A model generated the notes under the pieces. It made no database searches, was not told the DNA's origin, and saw nothing but the letters and a program-made list of their open reading frames with translations. Made by a program: the position numbers and the translations under genes. DNA of 64,000 nucleotides from Candidatus Aenigmatarchaeota archaeon (lineage in GTDB: Archaea > Aenigmatarchaeota > Aenigmatarchaeia > CG10238-14 > SpSt-28), in contig JAWBAK010000001.1 in NCBI GenBank assembly GCA_038997165.1, positions 160,001 through 224,000 on the forward strand, read 5' to 3'. Shown piece after piece: positions 18,926 to 30,300 of the stretch; the first letter of the stretch is position 1; each line of letters opens with the position of its first letter.

Positions 18926-20320
18926 AAGATAAATAATTAAAGAAGAAACAAAAAAGAAAAAAACTACTAAAACAAAATTTATTTTTAATATTTCTACTTC
19001 TTTTCCTTTTAATTCATCTATCATTGTAGTTATTGCTATTATATTAAATAAAGATATCATATTACCCAAACCCGCACCAATATTTTGTAAAGCCACTATT
19101 TTGTTAACATCTAAACCAAATTCTAAAGCTATTTCTTTTTGAATATTTACGAAAGTTAAATTAGATAAAGTCGCAGAACCAAATATAAAAGCACCAAAAA
19201 TTCCTATCAAGGGAGCAATAAAAAAATAAACATCTTTATCAATTTTCATTAGATGTTGATTTATTATATCTAATACACTTGGTGAATTAGTAGAATTTTT
19301 TCCAGAAAAAGTTAAATAACTTGAAAGAAAAGACAAGAAAAATATTATTAGAAATAATTTTAGAGATTTGTTTAATAACTCTAAACTCTCATTATATATT
19401 TTTATTTTTTCCTCTCTTTCTTTTAAAATGATTAAAATTATAGAAATTATTAAAACTATTGGAGCTATGTTAAAATTTGATAAAATCTTATTTATTAATT
19501 CCAAATTTAAAATCTTCAAAAAAACAAAAATTATTATAGAAATAAAAAAAGGATAAAAAACTTTTAAAAAATTTTTAAAAATAGTAATATTTTCAATGAA
19601 TAAATAAGTAATAGCTCCTAATGCTGCAAAAATTATTGTAAAAGCAAAAAATTCTGTTCTAGATAAAACAAAAACTATCATAGAAAAAATTAGAAAAGCT
19701 ATTATTATTTTAATTATTTCATTAAAATTAATATTTTCTTTTTTCTCTAACTTTATATATAAAAAATAAGAAGAAAAAAATATGAAAAAAGCTAGTATAG
19801 AGAAAATATATCCTACTAATTTAACAAAATCTAAACTTTCTAAATCTTTATTACCTATAATAATTGGTGTTGCAAAAGCTCCAAAAGTTGAATATGAATC
19901 AGAAATAAGAGAAACAGAAGCAGAAAGTATTGGATTAAAATTAAGATTATAAAGAGTTTTTGTACATATCATTCCTGGTGTTCCAAATCCAACTAAACCT
20001 TCAAGTAATATAGTAAAAAAAACTCCAATAGTTATAAAAACTAAAAAGTTTTTCTGCTTAAAAGAAAAGAAAAAATTCTTATTTTCCTTTTCTACTATTT
20101 TAAACAATAATAACAAAGAAAAGACTAACAAAAAAACTCTAAAAGCAGTAAATAATGAATCTAAATGAGCAGCTAAAATTTCATGAAAATAAACTCCATA
20201 AATAAACGAAATAATAAGTGTTATTATATAAGTTATTAAAGATGATTTGAATAAATCTCTTAAAAATAAGATAAAAAGAAAAATAGCTAAAAAAGGTAAT
20301 AATACTATAATTTGAATCAT
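18920..20320 (-). CDS. lctP: L-lactate permease family transporter
   Basis: Multi-pass membrane protein with LEGLVGFGTP, FGSATLSN and GAGLGNMIS motifs. Confidence 0.8.
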   Translation of the reverse strand: MIQIIVLLPFLAIFLFILFLRDLFKSSLITYIITLIISFIYGVYFHEILAAHLDSLFTAFRVFLLVFSLLLLFKIVEKENKNFFFSFKQKNFLVFITIGVFFTILLEGLVGFGTPGMICTKTLYNLNFNPILSASVSLISDSYSTFGAFATPIIIGNKDLESLDFVKLVGYIFSILAFFIFFSSYFLYIKLEKKENINFNEIIKIIIAFLIFSMIVFVLSRTEFFAFTIIFAALGAITYLFIENITIFKNFLKVFYPFFISIIIFVFLKILNLELINKILSNFNIAPIVLIISIILIILKEREEKIKIYNESLELLNKSLKLFLIIFFLSFLSSYLTFSGKNSTNSPSVLDIINQHLMKIDKDVYFFIAPLIGIFGAFIFGSATLSNLTFVNIQKEIALEFGLDVNKIVALQNIGAGLGNMISLFNIIAITTMIDELKGKEVEILKINFVLVVFFFFVSSLIIYLL

Positions 20321-20341
20321 AAAAGATTAAAAGAAAAAAAA

Positions 20342-20656
20342 TTAAATTACCTTAATTTTTACATCGACCTCATTACCAAAATCAATTCTCATAATTTGTT
20401 TTAGTACTCTTTCATCTGGTTGTAAATAAATTAATCTTTTATGTATTCTCATTTCCCAAACTTCCCAAGTTGCGTTTCCATGTCCAGTACCATCTTTTAT
20501 ATTTGCCATAGTATAAACTTTTAATTTTTTTGTTGGTAATGGTATTGGACCTTTAAACATTATTCCATGTTTCTTTGCTATACTAATAATTTCATTTGTA
20601 ACTCTTTGCAATTCCTCTAAATTTCTACTTGCTAATTTTATTATTACTTTATCCAT
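20342..20656 (-). CDS. rpsJ: 30S ribosomal protein S10
   Basis: GPIPLPTK and WEMRIHKRLI motifs. Confidence 0.95.
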   Translation of the reverse strand: MDKVIIKLASRNLEELQRVTNEIISIAKKHGIMFKGPIPLPTKKLKVYTMANIKDGTGHGNATWEVWEMRIHKRLIYLQPDERVLKQIMRIDFGNEVDVKIKVI

Positions 20657-20808
20657 TATATTAATTTATTAAATTAACAAAAATATATTGATTTAGCTTA
20701 AATATGAAATATTTATTTATATAATTTTTTATAGAAATCTATATATATTAAAAACAGAAAAATATTTATTTTTATCGATTAAAAACAAATCTACTTCAAA
20801 GTAATAAC

Positions 20809-21876
20809 ATGGAAACACAAAAACCAAAATGTAAAGTTTGTGGAAGTGAAAACATAGTTTTTGATTCAAGTAGAGGTGAATATGTTTGTCAAAATTGTGG
20901 AGCTGTTTTAGAAGATTATGTCATTGACTTATCTCAAGAATGGAGAGCTTTTAGTAGCGAACAATTAGAAAGAAGAGCAAGAACAGGTAGTCCATTATCT
21001 GTTGTTAAGCATGATAAAGGATTATCAACGCAGGTTGGAAAAGGAACAGCAGAATTATATAAAGTTCCTACTGAAAAAAGGTTTCAATATTATAGATTAA
21101 CTCAATGGAGTAAAAGATTGTCAACTTCAAAAGACAGAAACATAAGTTATGCATTATCAGAATTACAAAGAATTGTATCTGCATTACAGCTTCCAAAAAC
21201 TGTTTTAGAAAGAGCGGCAATGTATCATGAACAATTAATAAGTAGAGGTGCTATAAGAGGAAGAAGTCTAGAAGGTATAATTGCCTCTTTAGTTTATTAT
21301 GCTGCAAAAGAATTACATACACCAAGAACATTTGATGAAATTGCTGAAGTTGTTGGAATAGATAAAAGAGAATTAGGAAGAATATATAGATATGTTGCAA
21401 GAGAACTTGGATTAAGAATATTGCCTGCCGATGCAAGAGATTTTATACCTAGATTTTGTAGTTTAATAAATGTAAGTGAAAAAGTTCAAAAAAGAGCATT
21501 AGAATTGTTAGAGCAAGCAGAAAAAGCCGGAATTGTAAGCGGAAAAGGTCCAACAGGAATCGCTGCTGCTGTAATATTTATTGCATCTTTATTAGAAGGT
21601 GAAAGAAGAACTCAAAGAGAAATTGCTGAGAAATGTAAACTAACTGAAGTAACGATAAGAAATAGATATAAGGAAATTGTTGAAAGATTAGGATTAGAAA
21701 ATATTGTAAAAGAAAAAGAAGCTGAACTAGAAAAGGAAGAAATTATAGAAAGGAAAGAAGAAAAAAAAGAGGAAAAGGTTGTAATACCATTAATAAAAAA
21801 AGAAGAGAGAAAAAAAATTAAAAGAGAGAGAAAGAAAAAGAAAAAGAGACAGAAAAAAAATAAAAAGAAAAAATAA
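20809..21876 (+). CDS. tfb: Transcription initiation factor IIB with charged C-terminal tail
   Basis: Zn ribbon, EWRAF, two cyclin repeats and TEVTIRNRYKE. Confidence 0.97.
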   Translation: METQKPKCKVCGSENIVFDSSRGEYVCQNCGAVLEDYVIDLSQEWRAFSSEQLERRARTGSPLSVVKHDKGLSTQVGKGTAELYKVPTEKRFQYYRLTQWSKRLSTSKDRNISYALSELQRIVSALQLPKTVLERAAMYHEQLISRGAIRGRSLEGIIASLVYYAAKELHTPRTFDEIAEVVGIDKRELGRIYRYVARELGLRILPADARDFIPRFCSLINVSEKVQKRALELLEQAEKAGIVSGKGPTGIAAAVIFIASLLEGERRTQREIAEKCKLTEVTIRNRYKEIVERLGLENIVKEKEAELEKEEIIERKEEKKEEKVVIPLIKKEERKKIKRERKKKKKRQKKNKKKK

Positions 21877-21887
21877 AAAATTATTTT

Positions 21888-23534
21888 ATGAAATATTTAA
21901 TAACAGCTGCTTTGCCTTATACAAACAATTTACCACATATAGGAAATATAGCAGGATCTCATTTGCCTGCCGATATTTTTCAAAAATTATTAAGACTTTT
22001 TGGATACGATGTTCTTTTTGTTGGAGGTACAGATGAGCATGGAAGCCCAATTGAAATAGCTGCAATAAAAGAAAAAACAACTCCAAAAGAATTATGTGAT
22101 AAATATCATATTTTACATAAAAAAATTTATGAATGGTTAAGAATTGATTACGATAACTTTTCAAGAACTTCTAATAAGACTAATCACGAAATGACTCAGT
22201 ATATCTTTAATAAATTATACGAAAACAAGTATATTTTTGAAGATAAAATAATTTTACCATATTGTGAAAACGATAAAAAATTTTTGCCAGATAGATATGT
22301 TGAAGGTACATGTCCATATTGTAAATATGAAAGAGCAAGAGGAGATCAATGCGAAAATTGTGGAAAATTATTAGATCCAAAAGATTTAATAAATCCTAAA
22401 TGTACTATTTGTGGAAATAGACCTATATTTAAAGAATCTAAACATTTATTTATTGATTTAAGAAAGTTAGAAAAAAAATTATTAAAATGGATTAACAAAA
22501 ATAAACATTGGAAAGAAAATGTAAAAAATTTTGCCCTAAGTTGGATTAAAGAAGGATTAAAACCAAGAAGTATTACTAGAGATTTAAGTTGGGGTATAAA
22601 AGTTCCATTAGAAGGATATGAAGATAAAGTTTTTTATGTTTGGTTTGATGCCCCAATAGGTTATATTTCATCGACAAAAGAATATTTCGAAAAAATTGGA
22701 AAAGAAGAAGAATGGAAAAATTATTGGCTAAAGGGATCTAAAGCAAAAATATATCATTTTTTAGGAAAAGATAATATTCCATTTCATACTATATTTTGGC
22801 CCGCAATCTTAATGGGAACTAAGGAATTTAATTTGCCTTATAATGTTGTTGGTTTAGAGTATCTCAATTTTGAAAATAGAAAAATATCTAAAAGTCAAAA
22901 TTGGGGTGTATTTTTTGAAATAGAAAATGATAAAATTTTTATAAGAATTAAAGATAAACTATATGAAATCGATAGCGATTATATAAGATTCTATTTAGCA
23001 TATATTTTACCAGAAAATAAGGACACAAATTTCTTTGTTGAAGAATTTAAAGAAAAAATTAATAAAGAACTAATTGGGAATTTTGGAAACTTTACTTATA
23101 GAGTTTTAAGTTTTATTGAAAAATATTATTCACTAAAAATTCCAAATGCTAAATTAAATAAAGAAGATAAGAAAATTTTAAATATATTTAAAGAATCGAG
23201 AAAAGAAATAAAAGTTTTTATTAAAAATGTTGAAATAAAAAAAGTATTATATAAAATTTTAGAATTATCATCAATAGCGAATAAATTTTTCCAAGAAAAC
23301 GAACCATGGAAAAATGAAGAAAATAGAGATAAGATTATAATGATTAGTGCAAATTTAGTTAAAGATTTAGCTATTTTATTCTGGCCCTTTATAACAAAAA
23401 GTTCAGAAAAAATATTTGATCTGCTTAATTATAATTTTAAACCACAAAATTCAATTAAAAGAATTGGAAAAATAGAATTAAAAAATCACATAATTAAAAA
23501 ACCTGAAATTATATTTAAGCCTTTAGAAATTTAA
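21888..23534 (+). CDS. metG: Methionyl-tRNA synthetase (short form)
   Basis: ALPYTN..PHIGN, GTDEHG, YVWFDA and KISKS motifs. Confidence 0.97.
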   Translation: MKYLITAALPYTNNLPHIGNIAGSHLPADIFQKLLRLFGYDVLFVGGTDEHGSPIEIAAIKEKTTPKELCDKYHILHKKIYEWLRIDYDNFSRTSNKTNHEMTQYIFNKLYENKYIFEDKIILPYCENDKKFLPDRYVEGTCPYCKYERARGDQCENCGKLLDPKDLINPKCTICGNRPIFKESKHLFIDLRKLEKKLLKWINKNKHWKENVKNFALSWIKEGLKPRSITRDLSWGIKVPLEGYEDKVFYVWFDAPIGYISSTKEYFEKIGKEEEWKNYWLKGSKAKIYHFLGKDNIPFHTIFWPAILMGTKEFNLPYNVVGLEYLNFENRKISKSQNWGVFFEIENDKIFIRIKDKLYEIDSDYIRFYLAYILPENKDTNFFVEEFKEKINKELIGNFGNFTYRVLSFIEKYYSLKIPNAKLNKEDKKILNIFKESRKEIKVFIKNVEIKKVLYKILELSSIANKFFQENEPWKNEENRDKIIMISANLVKDLAILFWPFITKSSEKIFDLLNYNFKPQNSIKRIGKIELKNHIIKKPEIIFKPLEI

Positions 23535-23543
23535 TAATTTAGC

Positions 23544-24257
23544 TCAATCTTTTTTATACTTTGGAATGTTTCTTAATGCATCAAACATTGCTTGAATTAA
23601 GTTCATATGCTGTTTAGTTCTTCCAAAAGTCTTACTCCATACATCTTTTATTCCAGCAAGTCTTAGCAATTTTTTACTTTCATCATCTACAACTAATCCA
23701 GTACCTTTTGGAGCTGGAATTAATATTACTTTTACACTTCCACTTTTTCCATAAGTTTTCCATGGAATAGAATGTTCTTCTTTACACCAACATTCCCAGC
23801 TTCCACAACCTCTATAAACCTTTATAATATTTAATTTTGCTTTTCTAACTGCTTTTAAATATGCACTTCTTCCATCTTTTGCTTTTCCTCTTCCTATACC
23901 CACATGTCCATTTTCATCTCCAACAATAACCATTACAGAATATCTTATTCTTCTTCCACTCGCCGTTACTTTTTGACTTCTTTTTATGGGAATTCTTTTA
24001 CCAGCACCTCCTTTAGTTCCTCCCTTTCCAATTAATACTGGTTCTATTTTTAAATTTGGTAATAAAATATCTACTATTTCTGGCTCTAATATTTTTAAAT
24101 TCTTCTCAATAATTTCATCTATACTTTTTATTTTTCCCTCTAAAACTAACTTACCTAGTTTAGTTCTAGGTTTCCAATTAGCCAAAGATTCAGGTAATGG
24201 TAATTTTATTTCCTCTGTTTGTTCTATTTGGTCTTGAACTTCTTCTACATTAACCAT
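23544..24257 (-). CDS. rpsE: 30S ribosomal protein S5
   Basis: WKPRTKLG, RGCGSWE and PAPKGTGLV motifs. Confidence 0.97.
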   Translation of the reverse strand: MVNVEEVQDQIEQTEEIKLPLPESLANWKPRTKLGKLVLEGKIKSIDEIIEKNLKILEPEIVDILLPNLKIEPVLIGKGGTKGGAGKRIPIKRSQKVTASGRRIRYSVMVIVGDENGHVGIGRGKAKDGRSAYLKAVRKAKLNIIKVYRGCGSWECWCKEEHSIPWKTYGKSGSVKVILIPAPKGTGLVVDDESKKLLRLAGIKDVWSKTFGRTKQHMNLIQAMFDALRNIPKYKKD

Positions 24258-24777
24258 AATCTTTTAATATTTGTTCCTTAACTTTATAAAAATCATTTGT
24301 TATATTCTTAAACTTTTCTATATAACTAGCTATATGTCTTCCTTCTATTCTATCTTGCGAAGGTAATATTTTTTCGTTATGTGGAACTTTTAATCCAGCA
24401 TCTATAGCACCTTTTAAAACTGCATATATTCTATTTCCTTTTGTACTTCTATTTAATCCTATATCTAATATTGCTTCTTGAATATTATTTTTTAATGCTA
24501 GCTTACCAATTATTAATCCAGTTAAATAAGCTGCAGGCAGATTTTTACAAGAATATTGCCAATTATATTTATCTTTTAATATTTTTGAAGTTATACCAAT
24601 TATCGTATAATCTTGAGCCTCTTTAGATTTAACCAATTGTGCAATAATATATTTATTTGTTTTTCTTACAACTAATCTTATTTTTCCGCTTTTTAGCAAA
24701 CCAATTCTTTGTCTATAATCTGTTTTAAACTTTCTTCTTCTTTTGTATGGCATTTTATAAGTAGTTTTTTGAACCAT
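24250..24777 (-). CDS. rpl18: 50S ribosomal protein L18
   Basis: KTDYRQR, NLPAAYLTG and LKGAIDAGL motifs. Confidence 0.97.
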   Translation of the reverse strand: MVQKTTYKMPYKRRRKFKTDYRQRIGLLKSGKIRLVVRKTNKYIIAQLVKSKEAQDYTIIGITSKILKDKYNWQYSCKNLPAAYLTGLIIGKLALKNNIQEAILDIGLNRSTKGNRIYAVLKGAIDAGLKVPHNEKILPSQDRIEGRHIASYIEKFKNITNDFYKVKEQILKDYG

Positions 24778-24778
24778 T

Positions 24779-25198
24779 CTATTCTTTTTCTTTTATTAAT
24801 TTATGTGTCTCAATATATAGTTTTAAATGAGAAACGTTTCTAAAAAATCCCCCTTTAGCCAAACTTCTTAACTTTTTATATGTTTGATTATCTATTTTTC
24901 CTTCCTCTTTTAATTTCTTTAAAAATCTTCTTATTGGTCTAATTCTATTTATCCATTGTCTTTTCCTAGAAATTATAGAGTATTTGCCCCCTTTTCTTAC
25001 ATGTTTTTTTTCTTCTTTATCTTTTCTCTCTAAAAAATCTTTTTTAACTTTAACTATTCCTCTAAATATTAATTTTTTTACATCAGCTGCAGTAATAGCT
25101 TTTTCCGCCTCTTTAATTTGAGATGGGTCTATCCATATTTTACTCTTTCCAACTTTTAATATTCTAGCTGCTAGTCTTTTAACGGTTTCTAATGCCAT
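24779..25198 (-). CDS. rpl19e: 50S ribosomal protein L19e
   Basis: KRLAARILKVG..KIWIDP and AKGGFF motifs. Confidence 0.96.
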   Translation of the reverse strand: MALETVKRLAARILKVGKSKIWIDPSQIKEAEKAITAADVKKLIFRGIVKVKKDFLERKDKEEKKHVRKGGKYSIISRKRQWINRIRPIRRFLKKLKEEGKIDNQTYKKLRSLAKGGFFRNVSHLKLYIETHKLIKEKE

Positions 25199-25231
25199 TA
25201 TTATATTTAAATTTTTTATAAATTTTAAAAT

Positions 25232-26161
25232 ATGAAAGTTTTAGTAACGGGAGTTGCAGGATTTATTGGTTCACATATTGCAGAAAAATTAATTGAGATG
25301 GGATTTAAAGTTTATGGAATTGACAATCTCAATACAGGAAATTTAGAAAATATAAAAGATTTAGATATTATTTTTATTAAAGGCAATAGTAGAAAAATTT
25401 TAGAATTAAAAGAAAAAATTGATGTTATATTTCATAACGGAATATATTCTTCAAGCCCTATGTATAAACAAAATCCTTTTTTGGTAAGTGAAGTTATTTG
25501 GGATATGTTAGCTATTTTAGAATATGCAAAGAAAAACAAATGTAAAATAATATTAGCTTCTACATCTAGCTTATATAATGAAAATCCAATTCCGTGGAGA
25601 GAAGATATGGAAATAAAAGTTACAGATTATTATACAGAAGCTAGATATGCTTGTGAAAGATTGTGTAAATTATATGGAAAATTATTTAAAGTTAAATGTA
25701 TATCGCTAAGATATTTTAGTGTATATGGAGAAAGAGAGGAATATAAAGGAAATTATGCAAATGTATTAACTCAAATGATCTGGCATGCCTTAAAACAAAA
25801 GGAATTTGAAATTTTTGGTGATGGAAATCAAAGTAGAGATTTAATATATGTTAAAGATGTTGTAGAGGCTAATATTAAGGCTTTAGAATTTGAAGGTTTC
25901 AATGAAGAAAATTTTGAAATTTTTAATGTTGGTAGAGGAAAACGATATTCTTTTAATGAAATTGCCAGTTTGATTAATAAATTTATAGAATTAAAAATAA
26001 AATACGTTAATAATCCTATATCTAATTACGTATATCATACTTTAGCAGATACAAAAAAGGCCGAGAAAAAACTAAAATTTAAAGCAAAATATGATGTCGA
26101 AGAAATATTACCAAAATTGATTAAATATTATCAAAATAATATAGAAAAAATAAAAATTTAA
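25232..26161 (+). CDS. NAD-dependent nucleotide-sugar epimerase/dehydratase
   Basis: VTGVAGFIGS, LRYFSVYG and GDGNQSRD motifs. The catalytic YxxxK appears as YTEAR. Confidence 0.9.
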   Translation: MKVLVTGVAGFIGSHIAEKLIEMGFKVYGIDNLNTGNLENIKDLDIIFIKGNSRKILELKEKIDVIFHNGIYSSSPMYKQNPFLVSEVIWDMLAILEYAKKNKCKIILASTSSLYNENPIPWREDMEIKVTDYYTEARYACERLCKLYGKLFKVKCISLRYFSVYGEREEYKGNYANVLTQMIWHALKQKEFEIFGDGNQSRDLIYVKDVVEANIKALEFEGFNEENFEIFNVGRGKRYSFNEIASLINKFIELKIKYVNNPISNYVYHTLADTKKAEKKLKFKAKYDVEEILPKLIKYYQNNIEKIKI

Positions 26162-26164
26162 TTT

Positions 26165-27301
26165 ATGCTTTGGGTTTTTAAATATAGGCCAAAAAGTTTG
26201 AATGAATTTGTAAATCAAAAAGAAGCAATACAAAAATTTATACAATGGTATAAAAATTGGAAAAATATTAAAAAAGCTGCTTTATTATTTGGTCCGCCTG
26301 GAACTGGAAAGAGTTGTTTTGTTGAAGCCTTTGCTAGAGATAATAATTTAGAACTAATACAATTAAATGCTAGCGACAAAAGAGATTATAACTCTATTAG
26401 AAATATTATTGGAAATGCGGCAAAAACTTTAAGTATTTTTAAAAAAGGAAAAATATTTTTTATAGATGAAGTTGATGGAATTTCTGCTAGAGAAGATGTT
26501 GGCGCAGTAAAAGAAATTGTTAGAATTATTCAAGAGTCAAAATTTCCAATAGTTTTAGCAGCTAACGATCCTTTTGATCCAAAATTAAAAGAATTAAGAG
26601 AAAATTGTGAATTAATAGAATTTAAAAGATTAAGTATTTTTGATATTGAAAAAAAACTTATTGAAATATTAGAAAAAGAGGGAATAAAGTATGATAAAAT
26701 TATTGTAAGAGAAATTGCAAGTAGAAATAATGGAGATTTAAGAGGAGCTATAAATGATTTAGAAATTGTTGCTAGAAATAAAAAAGAAATAAAAAGAGAA
26801 GATCTAGAAATATTAGGATTTAGAGATCGAGAACAACAAATATTCGAAGCATTAAAAATTCTTTTTAAAACGAAAAGCGCTATGGCTGCAAAGATGAGCA
26901 TTGTTAATTTAGATATGGAACCAGATGAAATTTTTTATTGGATCGAAGAAAACATTGCAAACGAATATGAAAAAATAGAAGAAATTGCAAACGCATATGA
27001 TTGCCTAAGTAAAGCTGATTTATTTAGAAAAAGAATATTATCTAGACAAAATTGGAGATATTTAGTTTATATGAATGATTTAATGACAATTGGAGTTGCA
27101 TTATCTAAAAAAGAAATGTATAGAAAATTTACAAAATATAGACCACCAAGTATTTTGAAACTACTAGCACAAACAAAACAAATAAGAGAACAGGAAAAAA
27201 TAAAATTGAAAGAATTTGCTGAAAAGTTACACTGCTCAACAAAAAAGATTAAAACAGAATTTATGCCATATTTATCAAAATTTTTTGAAGGAAAAAAATA
27301 A
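26165..27301 (+). CDS. rfcL: Replication factor C large subunit
   Basis: W..KYRP, GPPGTGK, LNASD, IDEVDG and GDLRGAINDL motifs. Confidence 0.95.
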   Translation: MLWVFKYRPKSLNEFVNQKEAIQKFIQWYKNWKNIKKAALLFGPPGTGKSCFVEAFARDNNLELIQLNASDKRDYNSIRNIIGNAAKTLSIFKKGKIFFIDEVDGISAREDVGAVKEIVRIIQESKFPIVLAANDPFDPKLKELRENCELIEFKRLSIFDIEKKLIEILEKEGIKYDKIIVREIASRNNGDLRGAINDLEIVARNKKEIKREDLEILGFRDREQQIFEALKILFKTKSAMAAKMSIVNLDMEPDEIFYWIEENIANEYEKIEEIANAYDCLSKADLFRKRILSRQNWRYLVYMNDLMTIGVALSKKEMYRKFTKYRPPSILKLLAQTKQIREQEKIKLKEFAEKLHCSTKKIKTEFMPYLSKFFEGKK

Positions 27302-27305
27302 TTTT

Positions 27306-30300
27306 ATGAAAAGAAAAGAAAAATTTTTAACTTTTTTATTTTTTACAATTTTTATATATAGTTTATCATTATCTTTTTCTCAAACTTGGCTTTCTAATTG
27401 GCAATACAGAATTCCAATAACAATAACAGAAAGAAGTGGAAATACTTTAACTGATTATCAAGTTTTAGTATCAATAAATACTCAAAATTTAATTTCTCAA
27501 AATAAAATGAGAAATGATTGTGGAGATATAAGATTTACTGATAGTGATGGAATTACTTTATTAAATTATTGGATTGAAGATGGATGTAATACAAATAATA
27601 CAAGAATTTGGGTTAAAGTACCAAATATTCCTGCTAATTCAAATAAAATAATTTATTTGTATTATGGAAATCCTAATGCTCAAAGCTTAAGTAATATTTC
27701 CTTAGTATTTATTTTTAGAGAAAGGGAAATATTTCCAAGTATTTCTAATACAACATGGGGATCTGGAACATCTAATCCAGAAGATACTTTTAATACTTAC
27801 TATCATGATGCAAGAAATGAAATATTAATTAGATCTTCTGATTTTGGAGATTTGGCTCCAATAAATATAACAATGTTAAGAATTTACGTAGTTCAACGAC
27901 CAGGAAGAGATTTAGATAATTATAGAGTAAGATATCAATTAACTAATAGAACTCAACTTACAAATACTTTTACAACTTCAGGATGGATCTTAGTTTTTGG
28001 ACCAGTTAATTTAGGAAGACCATCAGCAGGAACTGTTGTTAGTTTAAATTTAAATCCACAAATAATTTGGACGAATCATTCTTTAAATTTATTGTTAGAT
28101 TTATCCAGAGATACATCTTCATATGTTTCTGGAGGAGGAATGTATAGAAAACTTGTAAATATTCCTAATACAATGTGCACTTTTTGGGGTGATTCTAATA
28201 GGCAATGGCCTTTTGATGGTAGCTGTACTTTAAGAAATTATGTACCAAGCATAATATTTGTTGGATGGTTTAAAAAATACACTTCTCTAGAACCAACAAT
28301 TTCTTTAGGAAATGAAGAATATCAAAGAAATCTAAATCCAATATGGATAATATACACATCTAATACTTCTTATGCTATAATTAATCGGCCTATACTATTT
28401 TCAAGTCTATGGAATGCATCCCAAATTCAATCTAATTTATTTTTGTCACACTATATTTTCTCATATAAATTAGGAAATTCGCAATGGATCAACGAAACCT
28501 ATAAATTTGGCATTGCTTCTCAAACTTGGCTTTCTAATTGGCAATACAGAATTCCAATAACAATAACAGAAAGAAGTGGAAATACTTTAACTGATTATCA
28601 AGTTTTAGTATCAATAAATACTCAAAATTTAATTTCTCAAAATAAAATGAGAAATGATTGTGGAGATATAAGATTTACTGATAGTGATGGAATTACTTTA
28701 TTAAATTATTGGATTGAAGATGGATGTAATACAAATAATACAAGAATTTGGGTTAAAGTACCAAATATTCCTGCTAATTCAAATAAAATAATTTATTTGT
28801 ATTATGGAAATCCAAGTGCTACTTCTATGAGTAATGGAGATAATACTTTTATATTTTTTGATGATTTTAGAATAGCAACATCAATTAATACAAATAAATG
28901 GATTGTTTCAAGATATTCGGGCGATACTAATAATGAATGTGTTATCTCTAATAATGTTTTATGGCTAACAAAAAAAAGTTTGTGGAAAGGTTGTAATATA
29001 TTAGCAAGAAATTTAAATATAAAGTATAATTCTCAATATACAATTCATGTAAAATTTAAAATTGATTATGTATGTGCAGCTTCAAATGATGGAGATGGGC
29101 TTGCTATAGTTATAGATGGAAAAAGTAATTCAGCATCTTATGGATGTAATAAAGGATTCTCTACAACTTCTCAAGGAATTGTTATAGAAATTTTTGATGA
29201 TAGACCAAATGGAGATAATCTTAATGGTATTGGAATAGATGATGAAACAGCAAATTGTAATTTAGAAGGAAGAGTTACTTCTTCTATTCCACAAAAATCA
29301 AGTGATTTAAATGATGGATTATTTGAAATAAAATTAACAGGAACTCAAATTAATGTTACATATTATGATTTAAATCTAGCAAATGGATATTTAATAAGAT
29401 CTTTAATAACTAATACTTGGAATCCAAATGGAAATGGATATTTTATGATTGGTGCGGGTGCTGGATGCTCAGATTGTAATGGAGATGGAAGTTGTAATGA
29501 TCCTGATAGTGAACACGGTATTGAATATATTTTTATAAGAAAATATTCTTCGATAGAACCAATAATTTCTTTAGGAAATGAAGAAACAAATTTACCTTTT
29601 ACGGCATGGGCAAATGTTACAAAAAGTTTTTCTCAAGTTGGAAATTTATGTTGGAGATTCTATGCAAATAATACTATTGGTCTATGGAACTCAACACCAA
29701 TAAACTGCAGCATTAACATAATTTCTCCCGAATTTTCACTAGAAGTTAAATTAATTCGACCAAATGAGAATTCTATAAGTAATCTAATTGTTGGAGAATC
29801 TTTAAATATAAGAGCTCATGTAAAAATGAGATCTCAATACAATTTTTGTATAGATGTAAATGCATATTTAAGATATAATGTTTCATCAAACATGCCAGAT
29901 TCTTTAGTTCCAACATCTTCTAATTCAATAATATCAAATGCTAATCCTATATCTTTTAATTTATGTACAAATCGAGAAATTCCAATAGATTTTACAATAT
30001 ATGCGACCAAACCGAGTTTTAAAGTTTTAGATATAAACTTTTGTGTTTTAAATATCTGTAACGATACTTCAAACTTTTATATTAATATTTCTTTAGTTGC
30101 AACAAGAGATTTTAATTTAAAGAAAGGTTGGAACCTAATTTCAATACCGTATAAATTTATATACTTTGATTTAAATAATGATAACTGTAATATAAAAGAA
30201 AAAATATTTCATCATTATAATGCATCTTCAAATTCTTGGAAATACTTTACCTATGATAAATTAGTTCCAGGTATTTCATATTGGGTTTATAGTGAAAAGG

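Noticed and set aside
20661..20677. AT-only inverted repeat upstream of rpsJ, and TAGAAATTTCTA at 61217-61228
   Set aside because: Short, low-complexity and single-copy; expected by chance at this AT content.
27216..27305. Upstream-extended starts in the ORF track (also pcn, nurA, spt5, rnp2, 10878, 38413 and 60476)
   Set aside because: The extensions overlap neighbouring genes or promoters, and downstream ATGs give family-typical N-termini.
27377..28813. Repeat pair as the TR/VR of a diversity-generating retroelement
   Set aside because: The copies are identical with no adenine-specific mismatches, both are in-frame coding, and no reverse transcriptase is in the window.
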